Source: Cenococcum geophilum
Lineage: Eukaryota
Direction: 5' to 3'
DNA: 64,000 bases
Assembly (NCBI GenBank): GCA_050273025.1
Contig: CP158635.1
Location: 2,046,001 to 2,110,000, forward strand
Within the stretch, counting starts at the first letter, position 1. Every line of letters begins with the position of its first letter. This document shows, one piece after another, positions 27,060 to 38,706 of the stretch. A program made the translations under genes and the position numbers. The notes under the pieces were generated by a model. That model was not told the DNA's origin. It was given only the letters and a program-made list of their open reading frames with translations, and searched no databases.

Positions 27060-28900
27060 TTTTAGTTAGTAGCCTCCTGCTTCTTCCAAAGCTACTACTC
27101 CCACTTCTCCTCTCCGTACTTCTCCTTAAATAGTTTCTTAGCCTATTTAAGCAGATCTTCTCTAAGATTATCCTCCGCTACTACTAATAACGCCTATCTA
27201 ACAGTGCATTGTATAGATCCATCCTCTGCAACGCGAAGAGCCTTAACATACTCAACTATATAATCGTTATCCTCTCCATAACGTAGATATCTCACCATTT
27301 TCTAAAGCCGCTTCTCCCATTACAGGTCCCACTCCTTTTCTCCAAACTCCGTCTTAAATAAGCCCTTAAACTAGCTATAATACTCTTCTCCTACTAGACT
27401 ATCCGTTGGTACCTCTAATAACGTCCATTTCACAGTGGATAGCATAAACCCGTTATCTATAAGGTAAACAGCTTTAACACGCTTAACCGTGTAACCCATG
27501 TTCTTTTTATTAGGTGGATATATATAAAGGAGCATTTCCTTCGCCATTCTAGCCTTCCCCGTTTTTCCCTTTAAGCGTTTGCGTCGCTTAGCGGATTAAC
27601 CATCTTAAGGGAGCGTAGAGGAATTAATAAGTAAGACAGGCCGTTTCTAAGTAAGAGTATTCTAAGGTAGAGCATCAACACTAGATAGTAGAGCCTTGGC
27701 TTAAAGTAGAGCGTATTAACTTTATTGCTCTAGTGATAATTAGTACACAGGGTCTAATCTACTTACGTTCTTGGCTAGGCTATACTTATAGGTAGCATTT
27801 TTTAAGGAAACGCATTAGGTGGGCTAGGGTTCTTTTAATATTATCTTAAGCATACCTTAATAAGCTCTTTAAGAATACGCTCTTTTTATACTTATATCAC
27901 TCTCCGCAGGATTGCTACTAATATAATATTTTATAGCTAAATCGCTTCGGGGAAGTATTTGCTCTAAATGCTGGTCACTATCTTGTCTAGAGTTAACCCC
28001 CTTACTACAAAGGTATTCGCTGTAAACGTTATTAGTATCTACCTTAGTCGGACTTAGTGCGCAAAAATCGCTGACCCCTACTGTAGATTCGTCCTGTAGT
28101 TCTTCTTTAGCAAGTTTATCGCGGGAGTTAGAACGTCTAATCCTAGTTATTTAGGCGCGGTCCAGTCCATTCTATAGCCTAATTCCTTACCACTAGAGAG
28201 TATTGACGTTCTAATTACTTATATAGTTGCTAGCGCTATTAGAGCCAGAGCCGCTCCTATACGTTTCGGAGCAATTAGGGGCCGACTCCTCGCCCTAGAC
28301 GCCTATATCATTTATAGTTCTTTAGGGGTTACCTTAGTTGGAATTCTTAGAGGGGGTTAGAGGGTATTTTAAGACTAAAATAGTTCTAACTGGCTTCTCT
28401 AGCTGCTTATCTGCCTTATTAGCACTTTCACTAATATTATAGTTTTGGTCGTTGAGGCTCTGGCTATTATTAATGCCATTAGTGCTTCCTAGTTTAGCAC
28501 CTAGATAACCGACCGTAATATTACTTAGGATACTAGAAATAGGAGTAAAGCTAGTTTAGTCGCCAACGGTAGTGGGCTTAGGGCTTTAGGCGTCGTGGTG
28601 GGATAGGCCGCTATATGGTTTTCCAGTATTTAGTGTAGCTAGTTTATCTATGGTATAGTATAAGCAATTTCCTTAAGCCGATTATAAAGAAATCTTAAAT
28701 GTAATATATTTACCTTTACTGTTAACCAATACTTTAGTCCTAGCTCCAGATCTATATCCGTTATAGAGAAGGCCACTTTCCTAACTCCTATTATTAAATA
28801 ACTGCCCGGCGGTCGCATATTAAGGATTAAGGCTAAAAATTCCCATTTCTTTTCTCTAATGTTTCCCAGAAATGAGGTCTTCTACTTTTAGAAGGTAGTC
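27060..28900 (-). pseudogene. RIP-degraded gene: low-complexity N-terminal region followed by two tandem chromodomain-like repeats
   Basis: Repeat 1: GYTVKRVKAVYLIDNGFMLSTVKWTLLEVPTDSL...FKGLFKTEFGEKEW. Repeat 2: DYIVEYVKALRVAEDGSIQCTVR*ALLVVAEDNL...AKKLFKEKYGEEKW. Both fit the Y-x-V-E/K...G...V-K/R-W...E-x-N-L chromo pattern. 5' end approximate. Confidence 0.55.
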
Positions 28901-31417
28901 ATTATTGTCACCACGGGGGCCGCCAGAAGTTTTCCTAGTAACATTGTTTTGGGCGATAGACGAGTTTCCTATATTATATTAGATACTGTTACTACAATCT
29001 AACTGCGTATGCACTTACCTTAGGCCCTAGTTAGGTCACCTCTAGCTATCTAGCACTCTATAACAGTTTTTTCCAGGGTGGGGGCTGTAAGATCAATAAT
29101 TGACGTAAAACTCTTATTTCTTTTAGTAAATTGCCTACCTTATCTACTAGCCATAATAGGAGGCAATTGCATATGGGGTAATCGGGGGTATAGCTTAGGC
29201 CTAGAAATCCGGGCAGTTAGTACTCTAGGTATATAAAAAGATTAAAAGTCTATTATAATTTAAGGATTGGGATAGAAAGATATAGAAGTGATAAAAAAAT
29301 CTTTTTAAGGAGTAAGATAATCTAGGAATTAGTGAGAGAGCATATTCTTATATATGTGCTCTTAGCATAGCCTGGTCCTTAGCTAGTTTAATCTATTATC
29401 CTCTCTATACTTACCGCCGAACCCAATAGCAACGGCGGTGGCTTAGTTCACGTAGCTTCGGGCCAAGGCATTACAGTATATAAATATTGCGCCTATCCCC
29501 TGGGAATTGGTGGTGCCTACAGTACTAGGATCGGCTTAGTAGGTTAACTTTCAGCCGGAGCTACTTAGGGAGTTATCTAAGGCTTTCGCGTCGCTTCCCC
29601 TACCAAATCCTTCAAATATTCTCGCATAGTATTGCTTCTTTTAGTTAGCAAATGCACAAACAAACACTGCTGTCTGCGCCTTACGGCACTAGGATCTACG
29701 TCGACAGTGCTATATCTACAACTTCTGTAAGTGGTGGCAACACTGATATCTATCAGCGGTACCAGATCAGCTTACTCTACCCCTTTCGGCCATATAACCT
29801 TTCCCTCCTTTACTAGTCACAATGGTGGATGCTTTAAGTGCCCCTAGCATAGTAGTATGACGTGGTCATCCCAGATTAACAGTATGTCACAGTATTGCCG
29901 TCAAATCCAGACCGTGTATTCCCGGTTATTTTCCACGGATTTTAATTTTAGGTTTTCCTAAAGAGGGCCAAAACTAATACCTAGGGGATAGAGGGCTAAT
30001 AGAATACCCTAGATCCTAGCCCATTAGCCTTAATTTATCCTATTTATCCGCTAAAATATACTACCTACTCTTTCTTATAAGATAGGGACTCTATAGTAGA
30101 GACAGAATCGACTAGTCTAGAGTAATTAGCGAGCAGTTATACAAAATATTTATAAAGCTCTACTAACCCGTTCCGGCGCTATAATAGCTTCGTGCAATAA
30201 GGCATTTCCTTTATTAGTTAGAAGATTGATTTAGTAGTCCTTTAGTTAGGTTTACCCTTTATCCAAGCCCCTTGCCGTCCTTTTGCTGCGCCCTTCTGCC
30301 CCACTTATACTCCTACTACTATAGCAGTTATTTTAGTAACTAGTTGCGGTTCAGGCTCCGCAGCTCCTTATTTTAATTATAGCCTCCTAAGTTATATTAT
30401 TAAAGCGGTAAAGATAAGACATATTTTTTAATTGACTATAGCAATAGCGTGGTAGAGTGCTAGCGCTAAAGTAATTTCTGGCGCGACATCTAAGTGTTTA
30501 AATGGGCGTCTTAACTCTAGGGCAGGCTATTAGTCAATAGAGCTGAGATAATAGAATACGGATAAAGTAGAACTATATAAAAGTTAGAACCAAAGACCTA
30601 GATAGCCTGCAAAAAGAATTATTAGTATAACTCTCTTTATCAACGTGCACGAATATCACTTATAGTGGTACGTATGCGGTATTAAAGTTAGTAGTTAATT
30701 ATTGTCTAGAAAAAAGGGGTTGCTCCAAGGTCAGACAGTTAGTCTCGCTTTATAGTCCCGTGACTACGTTACGTGATTAATATTCCAACAAGAATACTAG
30801 AGAGAAAAATAAATAAAAGGAGCGTAAAGAGAAAACGAGGCTTAGAGAGGGGACGCAATATCGGCCTCCCTAAATCTAGCGTATCTGTTTAAGGTAGTCC
30901 ATGCCAAGATTATAACGGTAGCATATAGGCCGCAAGAGTGGAAACGATAGTTAAATATTTAGGAGTCGTCAGCTAAGAGAGCGTGCATCTCGGTGTTGGT
31001 TGTGATTGGAAGTTTAGTATTAAGGGGCGGGCGCAGGCCATAAGGGTGGGGCCTTATAGCAGGGGTAAGGCTAGGGCAGAAGTAAAATCCAAGGGAGAAA
31101 GAGCTAGTAGAGAGGGCAGTAAAGGCGATGGAGCATTTTATAGACGTCAAAAGCGGCGGTCGGCTAAGCAAGAGAGCGATACCCGAAAACGGGTGTCGGG
31201 GCCCCACTAAACTTAAATAGGCAGCGCACCTAGACACAGATTACCCATTTACTCAAACGCTCACCACTTACCTAAACGCTCACTACCTACCTACATACCC
31301 TCCTTGTTCTCTTTCTTCCCCTATCTTACTTTTTTACTCTTTCCATCTAATTTTTTTCTAAAAATACTTTCATTACCCTCTTTATAATACTACAACAATG
31401 CCAAGCTTTTCTAAATA

Positions 31418-31528
31418 TAGTATATAAATGTATTGGAGCTCCGTGGATCCCGGAGTGAAATGATCTACTAGCTGGATGGAGTGGATTTGAGCCCGAATCT
31501 ACTCCAGCCTAGTCCAATACAATCACTG
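31418..31528. mobile_element. possible hAT-derived miniature relic at the RIP-block border
   Basis: TGTATTGGA ... TCCAATACA inverted pair. Right end reads CAGTGATTGTATTGG on the minus strand. Left end degenerate; no TSD verified. Confidence 0.3.
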
Positions 31529-31879
31529 CCTAGAATTGAACAATGTCTACAATCCCAGAGTGCAATGTATAGTATGCCTTTTCACGATCTGGTAAGGATA
31601 TATGGTCACGTTAGATCTATCACATGGGAAAAAAATCACGTTAAATAGTTTATCATGGTTTCTTAGCAAGAAAATCTATGACTAGAGTGAAGCAAGCTAA
31701 GCTTTCAGTGATTCACCTCCAAAACATTAGACTCTCACATTTAACTTTTTAGTCAACTTACCATTGTGTAACTATTTTTCTACTACTGCAAGATCATAAA
31801 CTAAACGTAGCACGCACTACGATTCAACCCACAATCCCACCTCCCCCTAAACTCAGAGCTTGGAATTTGCCCGTCTAAT

Positions 31880-32560
31880 ATGACACAACCAGCTACCACC
31901 CGGATCAGCCAAATCGTCGAGCTTGTACTGATGATCCTTCTCGAGCTGCCATTTCAGGACCTTGTCTCTGGCCAGGAGGTCTGTAAACAATGGCGTGTAA
32001 TCATTCTCGGTAATATTTCGACGCGGCAGAAGATATCTCTAACCCCTCTCACATACGCGCCAACTCTCAAGATTGCTGGTACCCATCGACTCAGGAAGAG
32101 ACCCGCAGGAAGTCATCGCATAGCTCTTCCCAAGGGCGATTGACAGTTTCACCCAATCCTGGAAAAACTTAAACTTCACTTCCTCGTTTATGCCACATAT
32201 AGAGTCCAAAAGTTACTTCTTGACCACGCTGATGGGTCATAGCAAGATACGCCGGTCTCACCCGCGGCGCGCCATTTTCCTATCAGAATCTTGAAGGCAT
32301 CGCGATGGGGAACTCCAGGCGTGTGCCCTGGAGCAGTTCTGGAAACATTAGGAACAGCGACTGCTCGCGAAGACCGAGTTGGAGACGCTAGAGAGGGAAA
32401 GCAGCGGTATCTGAAGGGAGATACGACAGTATTCCCTCTTCGTTGTATGATACACATGGAGACCCGATGACGCCCATGCAAATGTCTCGCGTAAGTACGA
32501 AATGGTATCGAGACTTGAAGTCTCACATTTCCGATCTGGAGCATGAAGTAGATGACATAA
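31880..32560 (+). pseudogene. F-box-like protein gene, truncated or frameshifted
   Basis: N-terminus ISQIVELVLMILLELPFQDLVSGQEVCKQWRVII matches the fungal F-box pattern (ELLELILLxLPxxDLLxxQxVCxxW). ORF stops after 87 aa. Confidence 0.55.
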
Positions 32561-32784
32561 AAGTCGTTTATTTTAAGTAAGACGACCTCCGTTTCCGGAT
32601 TTTAGTTAATAAGCGAAGATTTTTTCTCGGGAATTCTGGAGCAGAAGAGGGTTAGCACTCCGATAAATCATTGACTACTAACAATACAAAGTCCGCCTAA
32701 ATTAGAAAAGAGATGTTTACGAACATTAATCAAAGCTTCGTAATACCAATACTCAAGCCGCTTTTCTCCATGGCCAACCTAATC

Positions 32785-34638
32785 TTAACTGGCCTTTATT
32801 TCGGCGTTAGGGAAAGATTTGCCCTCTTCCAGTGATGCTTCGTACGCCTCTCTCCACCTGTAATAACCTGCCACCACACTGCTATCTAGCCCATCTAGCC
32901 CATTCTCATAGATGACCTTTTGCTCTTCTTCCCCCTGAGTCGCCTCGGTTTCTACCACTTTTCCCCCCCTGCGTTTGTGCCACAGCTCAACCCATCGCCC
33001 TCCAATAAGCCCTAGCCCTACCAGACCAGTAATAAAGGGAATAAGCTGCCCCACACTCCCCAGCCCAAGGAGCCCTTCAATATGATTCCACCGTATTGAA
33101 AGTTCCAGCTGCAGAATGACTAGAACATGCCCGGCTAAATCGAGAATAGCATAGTACCAACCCATCCAGGTCTTCTTAGGCACCTTAGTGAGCATGAGAG
33201 ACGATGCAAGGGCCGTTTCGAGGGCCGATGGGAGGGGACCATCACTATAGAAGAGCGCAGCATAGATTTGATACGGGCCGTTCCAGGAATCTAGTAGTCG
33301 TGAGTGGCGAAGGTGGATGTAGAGAATGAAGGCTTGCTTTGGGAATTTGAAAGTGATGAGCGCTTTGAGAATCTGGAATTGGCAGGTGAGGTAAGAGGGT
33401 ACGTCACCCTTACAGGGGCGTAACGCAGCGGGAGCAGGAGTTTTTTTTGGTTGAGATCGAAAAAGTGAAATATTCCTAATGTTATTGATAACCGTAACTT
33501 TTTGGCTTTTAAGACGTTGGTAAGAACCAGCGGAAATGCAGTTCTCGATATAAATTTCTCCCATATACACGCCTCTGAGAATCGAAGTTGTTTGGACGAC
33601 TCCAATCTGGCTCTCGCATTTCGATTGAGACGCAGGATGAGCGTCCTGAGATTTCCCTCCGTGATCATGATTGCCTGACTCCGGGTCCAGTGTGTCCACT
33701 GAGGTCCCTCTACGATCCATCGAAAGACCGTCGAGGCCAGTCTGCCGTTTGTGAGAGAGCGTGGTTTGTTCTGCTGGAGAGTATTCGCTGGAATCCTCAG
33801 CCAAGGAGGTTATTGAGCCGTTGTGTGATTGAGTTCCACCATTGAGGTCCGCGAAAGCTGTTGGATCATCTGAGCAGGCCTGAAGCCGTCCTTGTATTTC
33901 AGTTCGTTCAAATTCCATTATCGCAAACTCGAACATCTCCCTAGTATACTTCAACGCGAAGTAGCTCCATGCACGGGTACCTTCAATCGCGACACAGTAT
34001 GAGGTGACGCACAATACAAACAACGAAAGCACCTTCATCACAGTCCTCGCCCACCCATATATGTCAGTTTTAACCAAGTACCAAATATACGTGCCGCAGG
34101 GAGTCTTCAACATTTGATCAAGACCGCGCCACCAGAACCATACTTGGAGTGAAAGACTGCAGAGACCGATCGTCTCGCTAACGACCGCTCTTATAACCGT
34201 GTTGCGGAAATTAAGTTTAAAGCAACGCGATTTTGCACGGACGCCCATCATACAAGACCACGATAGTACTTGAAAGAGAATGAAGGCCTCTATAGCATAG
34301 CTGCTTGACGGACTGGCTACGAACATGAAGGATACAACCAGAAGAGCGACCGTGAAGATGGTGATACTATCTCGTAGGATTTGGGCTTGAGAGAAAAGGA
34401 AGTAATTGGCAACCCAGACGGCGAAGATTTGGGTGTAGATACCGATGCGGATGCCGATACCGTAGATGTCGTTGTTCCCAGCGAAGCCACATTGCGGTGA
34501 AGATCGGAGGTTGAGAGCTAGAGCAAAGTTGAAGTCTGATTTCGGTGTGGTCGGATGGCTACCAGAAAGAGCTGGAAAGATGGAAAATGTTATAAAAACT
34601 ACTATGGGTGAAGCTAGGGGAAAGACTCTAAGAGCCAT
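32785..34638 (-). CDS. 617-aa multi-pass membrane protein of unknown function
   Basis: Long single ORF with a hydrophobic N-terminus, a CGFAGNNDIYGIGIRIGIY motif, several TM helices, and C-terminal ELSIRWNHI...SVGQLIPF typical of an uncharacterised fungal family. Confidence 0.9.
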   Translation of the reverse strand: MALRVFPLASPIVVFITFSIFPALSGSHPTTPKSDFNFALALNLRSSPQCGFAGNNDIYGIGIRIGIYTQIFAVWVANYFLFSQAQILRDSITIFTVALLVVSFMFVASPSSSYAIEAFILFQVLSWSCMMGVRAKSRCFKLNFRNTVIRAVVSETIGLCSLSLQVWFWWRGLDQMLKTPCGTYIWYLVKTDIYGWARTVMKVLSLFVLCVTSYCVAIEGTRAWSYFALKYTREMFEFAIMEFERTEIQGRLQACSDDPTAFADLNGGTQSHNGSITSLAEDSSEYSPAEQTTLSHKRQTGLDGLSMDRRGTSVDTLDPESGNHDHGGKSQDAHPASQSKCESQIGVVQTTSILRGVYMGEIYIENCISAGSYQRLKSQKVTVINNIRNISLFRSQPKKTPAPAALRPCKGDVPSYLTCQFQILKALITFKFPKQAFILYIHLRHSRLLDSWNGPYQIYAALFYSDGPLPSALETALASSLMLTKVPKKTWMGWYYAILDLAGHVLVILQLELSIRWNHIEGLLGLGSVGQLIPFITGLVGLGLIGGRWVELWHKRRGGKVVETEATQGEEEQKVIYENGLDGLDSSVVAGYYRWREAYEASLEEGKSFPNAEIKAS

Positions 34639-36120
34639 GTTTTACAGAAAGCTACTACAGCAAGCTTGGAATAGCAAGAACAAGGAAATCGAGGAGGGAA
34701 ACATGAGTATAGAGTGAGTTGCGCCCTTTTAATTTAGGCTAAGCGATGGTTTCCTGTGCTCCAGGGACAAAACAGACCAGGGTTTCGCTAGACGCCAGTG
34801 CTTCATACATAGTATGCACCACGGAGCACAGCCTACAAAACCTATGGCATAACGTGATAAACATGGAATTAAAGCTTTAAATCTAATATAGCAGATGTTT
34901 CTTGCTAGATTCTGCACCTGGAGGCAGTGCGCAAAGTGGCTATGGTATTTAATGAAGTGGATTAAATGAAAAGGTGATGTTCGGTTTTAAAGGGAACGCT
35001 TTTGAATAAAACAAGCTGAGAGATTCGAAAATCACTGCCACAATTGCAAGCTGGGGCATTAGATTGAAGTTGCCACGCGCTAATTCAGTGTAGCCATAGC
35101 AGAATCACCAATTTTCATTTAAAATATCTATTTACTCCAACCCAATCGGACCAATAGTTATCAGTGTAGTGTTGTAGAGGTTGGATGTAGGGGATCTACA
35201 TCACTGTGCAGGGAATGCAACAGCAGTCGCATTCCTCGTCGTGGTAGCAATTGCACTTTGGTCCGGTGGGCTTGATGACGGAGGTGGTGATTGAGGTGAC
35301 GGAGCCCTTAGTTGATTCAGGCATGATTTGCGGTTCGGTCGAGGCTTTTCCTTGAAGGTTATATTGCGTAGCAGGTCTGTAAGTGAGAAAAGGTAATACG
35401 GCGGGGATGCTGTGGCAGTGTAAGTAAAGTTTCCGATCACTAACATAGTCGAAACCTACAGATAATAATGCAGTGCTGAAATATGTGGTGGAGCAATGGA
35501 GTTTGCGATGACTTTTTGCGCGGTCTATGAGGAAGAGAGGAATTTAGACGGAAATAATAGGCTGAGGTGGACATTCCAATCCAAGATCCTTGGCGGTGAT
35601 GCTGCGCCACAGCGCATGCTGACACTAAATTTAGCCCGAGAACTCGCGTGGGGCCCGGGATACTGGATATTGATGTCCAGGAGATTTCAAGATCCTTGCC
35701 AGCGCTTAGGGCGATAGCTCCGGAGTGATTGTTACACTATCGTAAAAGCACTCTTTCAGTGGCCTGCTGCTCCAACAACTATCACAGTTTTCAAGGGAAG
35801 CACCCGAATTTAGTCAAATTAAAGTAGCTCTTAGGACACGGATCGTTTCATGGACACGAAAATGAATATTAATGTTCATTAATGTATACTTAATATCTCT
35901 CTTAATATCAGATCAAAGATAGTAATATTCGTACTGGGGTATTTAAGCGTCAGGCATAAGAAATATGGTAGTAATGCGCCCAAAAGCCATAAACGCCGCA
36001 ACCCAATTCTCCACTGCCAAATGCTTCCCACCAAATTAAACATCTCTCCTAATATTTCTATTAATAGCCTGAAAATATGGTGCGACACCGACGTTAACTC
36101 ACCAAGTCATACCAGTTCTC

Positions 36121-37386
36121 TCAATAAAGTGTCTTCACAGCGTTGTTATCGCTAAACGGATTATCATCGTCGAGATCTTCTTCTGGTTCACTCTCACTTT
36201 GCTCCGCCTTCTGCTTTCCAGCACCGGAGAATTGGGGTGGCTGAGGCATGAAAATGCCGCCAGGTTTCGGAGGTTTAGGCGGGACCTTCTCATTGAGGCT
36301 GAGCCCTGCGAACGCCGCTTCGGCTCCACGTGTCCCTGTTGGGCTTTTCGGAGATATTGGTGGCGTATTCCCGTGGCCCTCATGCTCGCTATCGCTGTCG
36401 TCATCGATGCTTTTGTCCATAATCTCGAATGCCATTAGTGCTTTCACAAGTTCATCGTTTGCACTGAGAAGACTGCCAATCCATTGGTCTGACTCAACAA
36501 GCTGGATATATCGGAGAATCTGACGCCGAAGCAGCTTACAAGCCTCGAATCGTGACATAACCTCCGGGTTGTTGCTTACACGCTGCTCCTCCCGGTTGAT
36601 GAGCTGTAGCGCATTTAAAAGGTTGGTACTAGCTACTGAGGCAGTTGCAATAGTCTCCAATAGTCTCGGTTTCTCTTTCTCAAGATTGAAAGGCTTATGT
36701 TTGGCTTTCTTGTCCTTCTTGAAAATTGACGAGCTTTGAAGAGGTGCCGGACCTAGGGTGACGGGACGTGGTGTTGATGATGATACCGACATATACGATG
36801 GTGGCGAGGAGCCTCGACGATTGCTAGAGGTTGGTGATGCCGGAGACGAGGCGTTCTCGCGCTCGGCCTCTGCCTCCGTCTCTCGCAAAACCTTCGACTG
36901 ATGCGGCTGCGGTCGTTTGGTTTGGGGCAGTTGCTTGTACAATGCTGCAATCCTTTCCAGTCCTGCTGTACCCTTGTACGTAACAGCCCATTGTCGGAAT
37001 AAGATATTGCACTTCGCGCGAACCTCAGCGTCCACCATGTCATCTTTCGCAAGAAGGCGTAGACGTTCCAGAAGAGGCTCATCCGCGAACGTACGTTGGA
37101 ATCGGCTTCCAGCATTCTGGATTAGACCGTCTAGAATCGTAAGGGCACGGAGTTGGCGGTGCACACTTCCATATTTGCTAATCTACGGTTAGTCGCGTAT
37201 GATGCCAGAAATTTGCAATGACACACGTACAGTTTCTTACGAATAGCTCTAGCGGCCTCCGTTGGCCCGGATTCTTGTATTCGTATAACTTCTATGAGAT
37301 CTACAATTCCACCCAGGTCGTTCTCTTCATATTGTTCGCTGGTCAGACGATCAATCTGGACCGTGACAGCCGAGTACGGTTTTCTC
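36121..37386 (-). CDS. LSB5: Lsb5-like VHS/GAT-domain endocytic adaptor; first short exon not located
   Basis: RKPYSAVTVQIDRLTSEQYEEND...GPTEAARAIRKKL | intron 37230-37178 (GTACGT..CTAAC..TAG) | KYGSVHRQLRALTILDGLIQNAG. GAT region LLRRQILRYIQLVESDQWIGSLLSANDELVKAL; C-terminal DNPF motif. Confidence 0.85.
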
Positions 37387-38403
37387 TGTTGTTCCACACA
37401 TGCCCTTAGTATACCTCGCAAGTACTGAAGACAGCATATTGGACAGCATTTGCAAAGATTAGATGAGTCAGGCGGAGAACGAGATTTGTGAAGATGTTTC
37501 GACTTGGTTTTAAAGGGACTAGATTTTTCCGTATATGGAGGTGGGTCTTTAGGTTTTAGGAAGCGAGCACTGGCATAAGGCGGGGGAAGAGTTGTAGTAT
37601 CTGATCGGCATGGAGATTGTATGCAGCTGGCAAGAACTGATGTCATGGTAGACATAGAAAAAGAGTCTAATAAAGAGTGGGGATGGTAGTACTCGAAAAT
37701 GAAACGGGCATTAAGTTATTTAAAAGGGCGGCTTGTTACATTTATGGAAAGGCTATGTGCTTACAGGGCCACCAAACATTGCGGTCCGTTGGGGTTCACA
37801 CCGACCCCGTCAGCAGTTCCTGTTTTAGGGAAACTAGGGCTCAGTCAATACGACGACTGTTTCTCAGATTTACTTAAGGCTGGCTGCAGGAGCTGACATT
37901 AGTCAGAGGATCTGCCTGGATAGGATTCACTTGCATGAATCGTTTTTGGCAGAAACAAGAGCCACAAACGGGGGAACACAAAGCTTCGAAAGGCTACACA
38001 TACTGGAAGCGTGATTTTCGCAGCGGCGCTCGCGTGGTCTGTCAAAATACAAGAAATTTCTAAAATGGTGATAGGCCGTGTGAAGCCTCAGAACAAAATA
38101 CGCGGGGAGCCGAAGCTCTTAGTAGAGGCTGTCAGTGCCGGAAGATGGAGGGGCCGAGCTCAATGCTAGTCGATCTGCAAGCCAAGGATCTTGGGAAGCT
38201 AAAGATACACAAGGTCACGAAGTAGCAAGGCGCAGCAGAGAGCCAAAATGCAGAGAGTACGTAGCCAGCTGCTGGAGGAGACGGGAATGTTTGAAAGGGA
38301 TGAGGTGGGTCGCTGCAACTTAGTTAAGCTTGGTGGGGCTCTGAGGCGTGGTGGACTCAGGAAAAATGTTGTGCGACTTCCGACCCCAACTTGGCATCAC
38401 GCA

Positions 38404-38549
38404 ACGTGGTTAGCGGGGTTTTGACCGCTCCCTGGGTTATGACCGATTGGAAAATCAAAATTAGCCGAAATGCTGATTTGGAAGTAAATAACAATAAAAG
38501 TTCAAATCAGTCATAACTCAGGGAGCGGTCAAAACCCCGTTAACCACGT
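38404..38549. mobile_element. 146-bp MITE, Tc1/mariner (pogo/Fot1/Pot2-type) ends
   Basis: About 45-bp TIR ACGTGGTTA(G/A)CGGGGTTTTGACCGCTCCCTG(G/A)GTTATGAC(C/T)GATT. Flanks CA (left) and TA (right). Confidence 0.85.
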
Positions 38550-38706
38550 TACTGGTACTTGCTAGTACGTCAGGTGCACGCCGCCTTTCAGCCCACGGTT
38601 TACTCGCGTGCTTATTAACCGCTACAGGATCCATTGAGGGAAATGAGCGCGCGTTGCGGAGTGGGCGCTCATAACGGTGCTGCGGCTTACGGAATACCTG
38701 CGCGCC

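Larger units (their letters stand above)
1..31420. other. AT-rich, RIP-mutated block made mainly of decayed non-TE genes (possible giant mobile element cargo)
   Basis: Strong TpA excess and CpA/TpG depletion by eye. No ORF longer than 131 aa in the ORF track, yet recognisable protein motifs read through many TAG/TAA stops. Abrupt change to normal composition near 31.4-31.5 kb. Confidence 0.9.

Noticed and set aside
30638..30790. Possible solo Copia-type LTR ending TATTCCAACA
   Set aside because: Flanks CTCTT and AGAAT do not form a TSD, and no second copy or internal domain was seen.
27500..31400. Starship captain (DUF3435 tyrosine recombinase) near the block border
   Set aside because: Manual translation of the parts examined showed no recognisable recombinase motifs.
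35201..35717. Short ORFs between the membrane-protein and Lsb5-like genes
   Set aside because: No recognisable motif or convincing splice structure.
37390..37655. N-terminal extension of the Lsb5-like protein suggested by ORF 37131-37655
   Set aside because: A branch/acceptor signal precedes RKPYSAV, so the upstream part is probably intron or UTR; true start unresolved.
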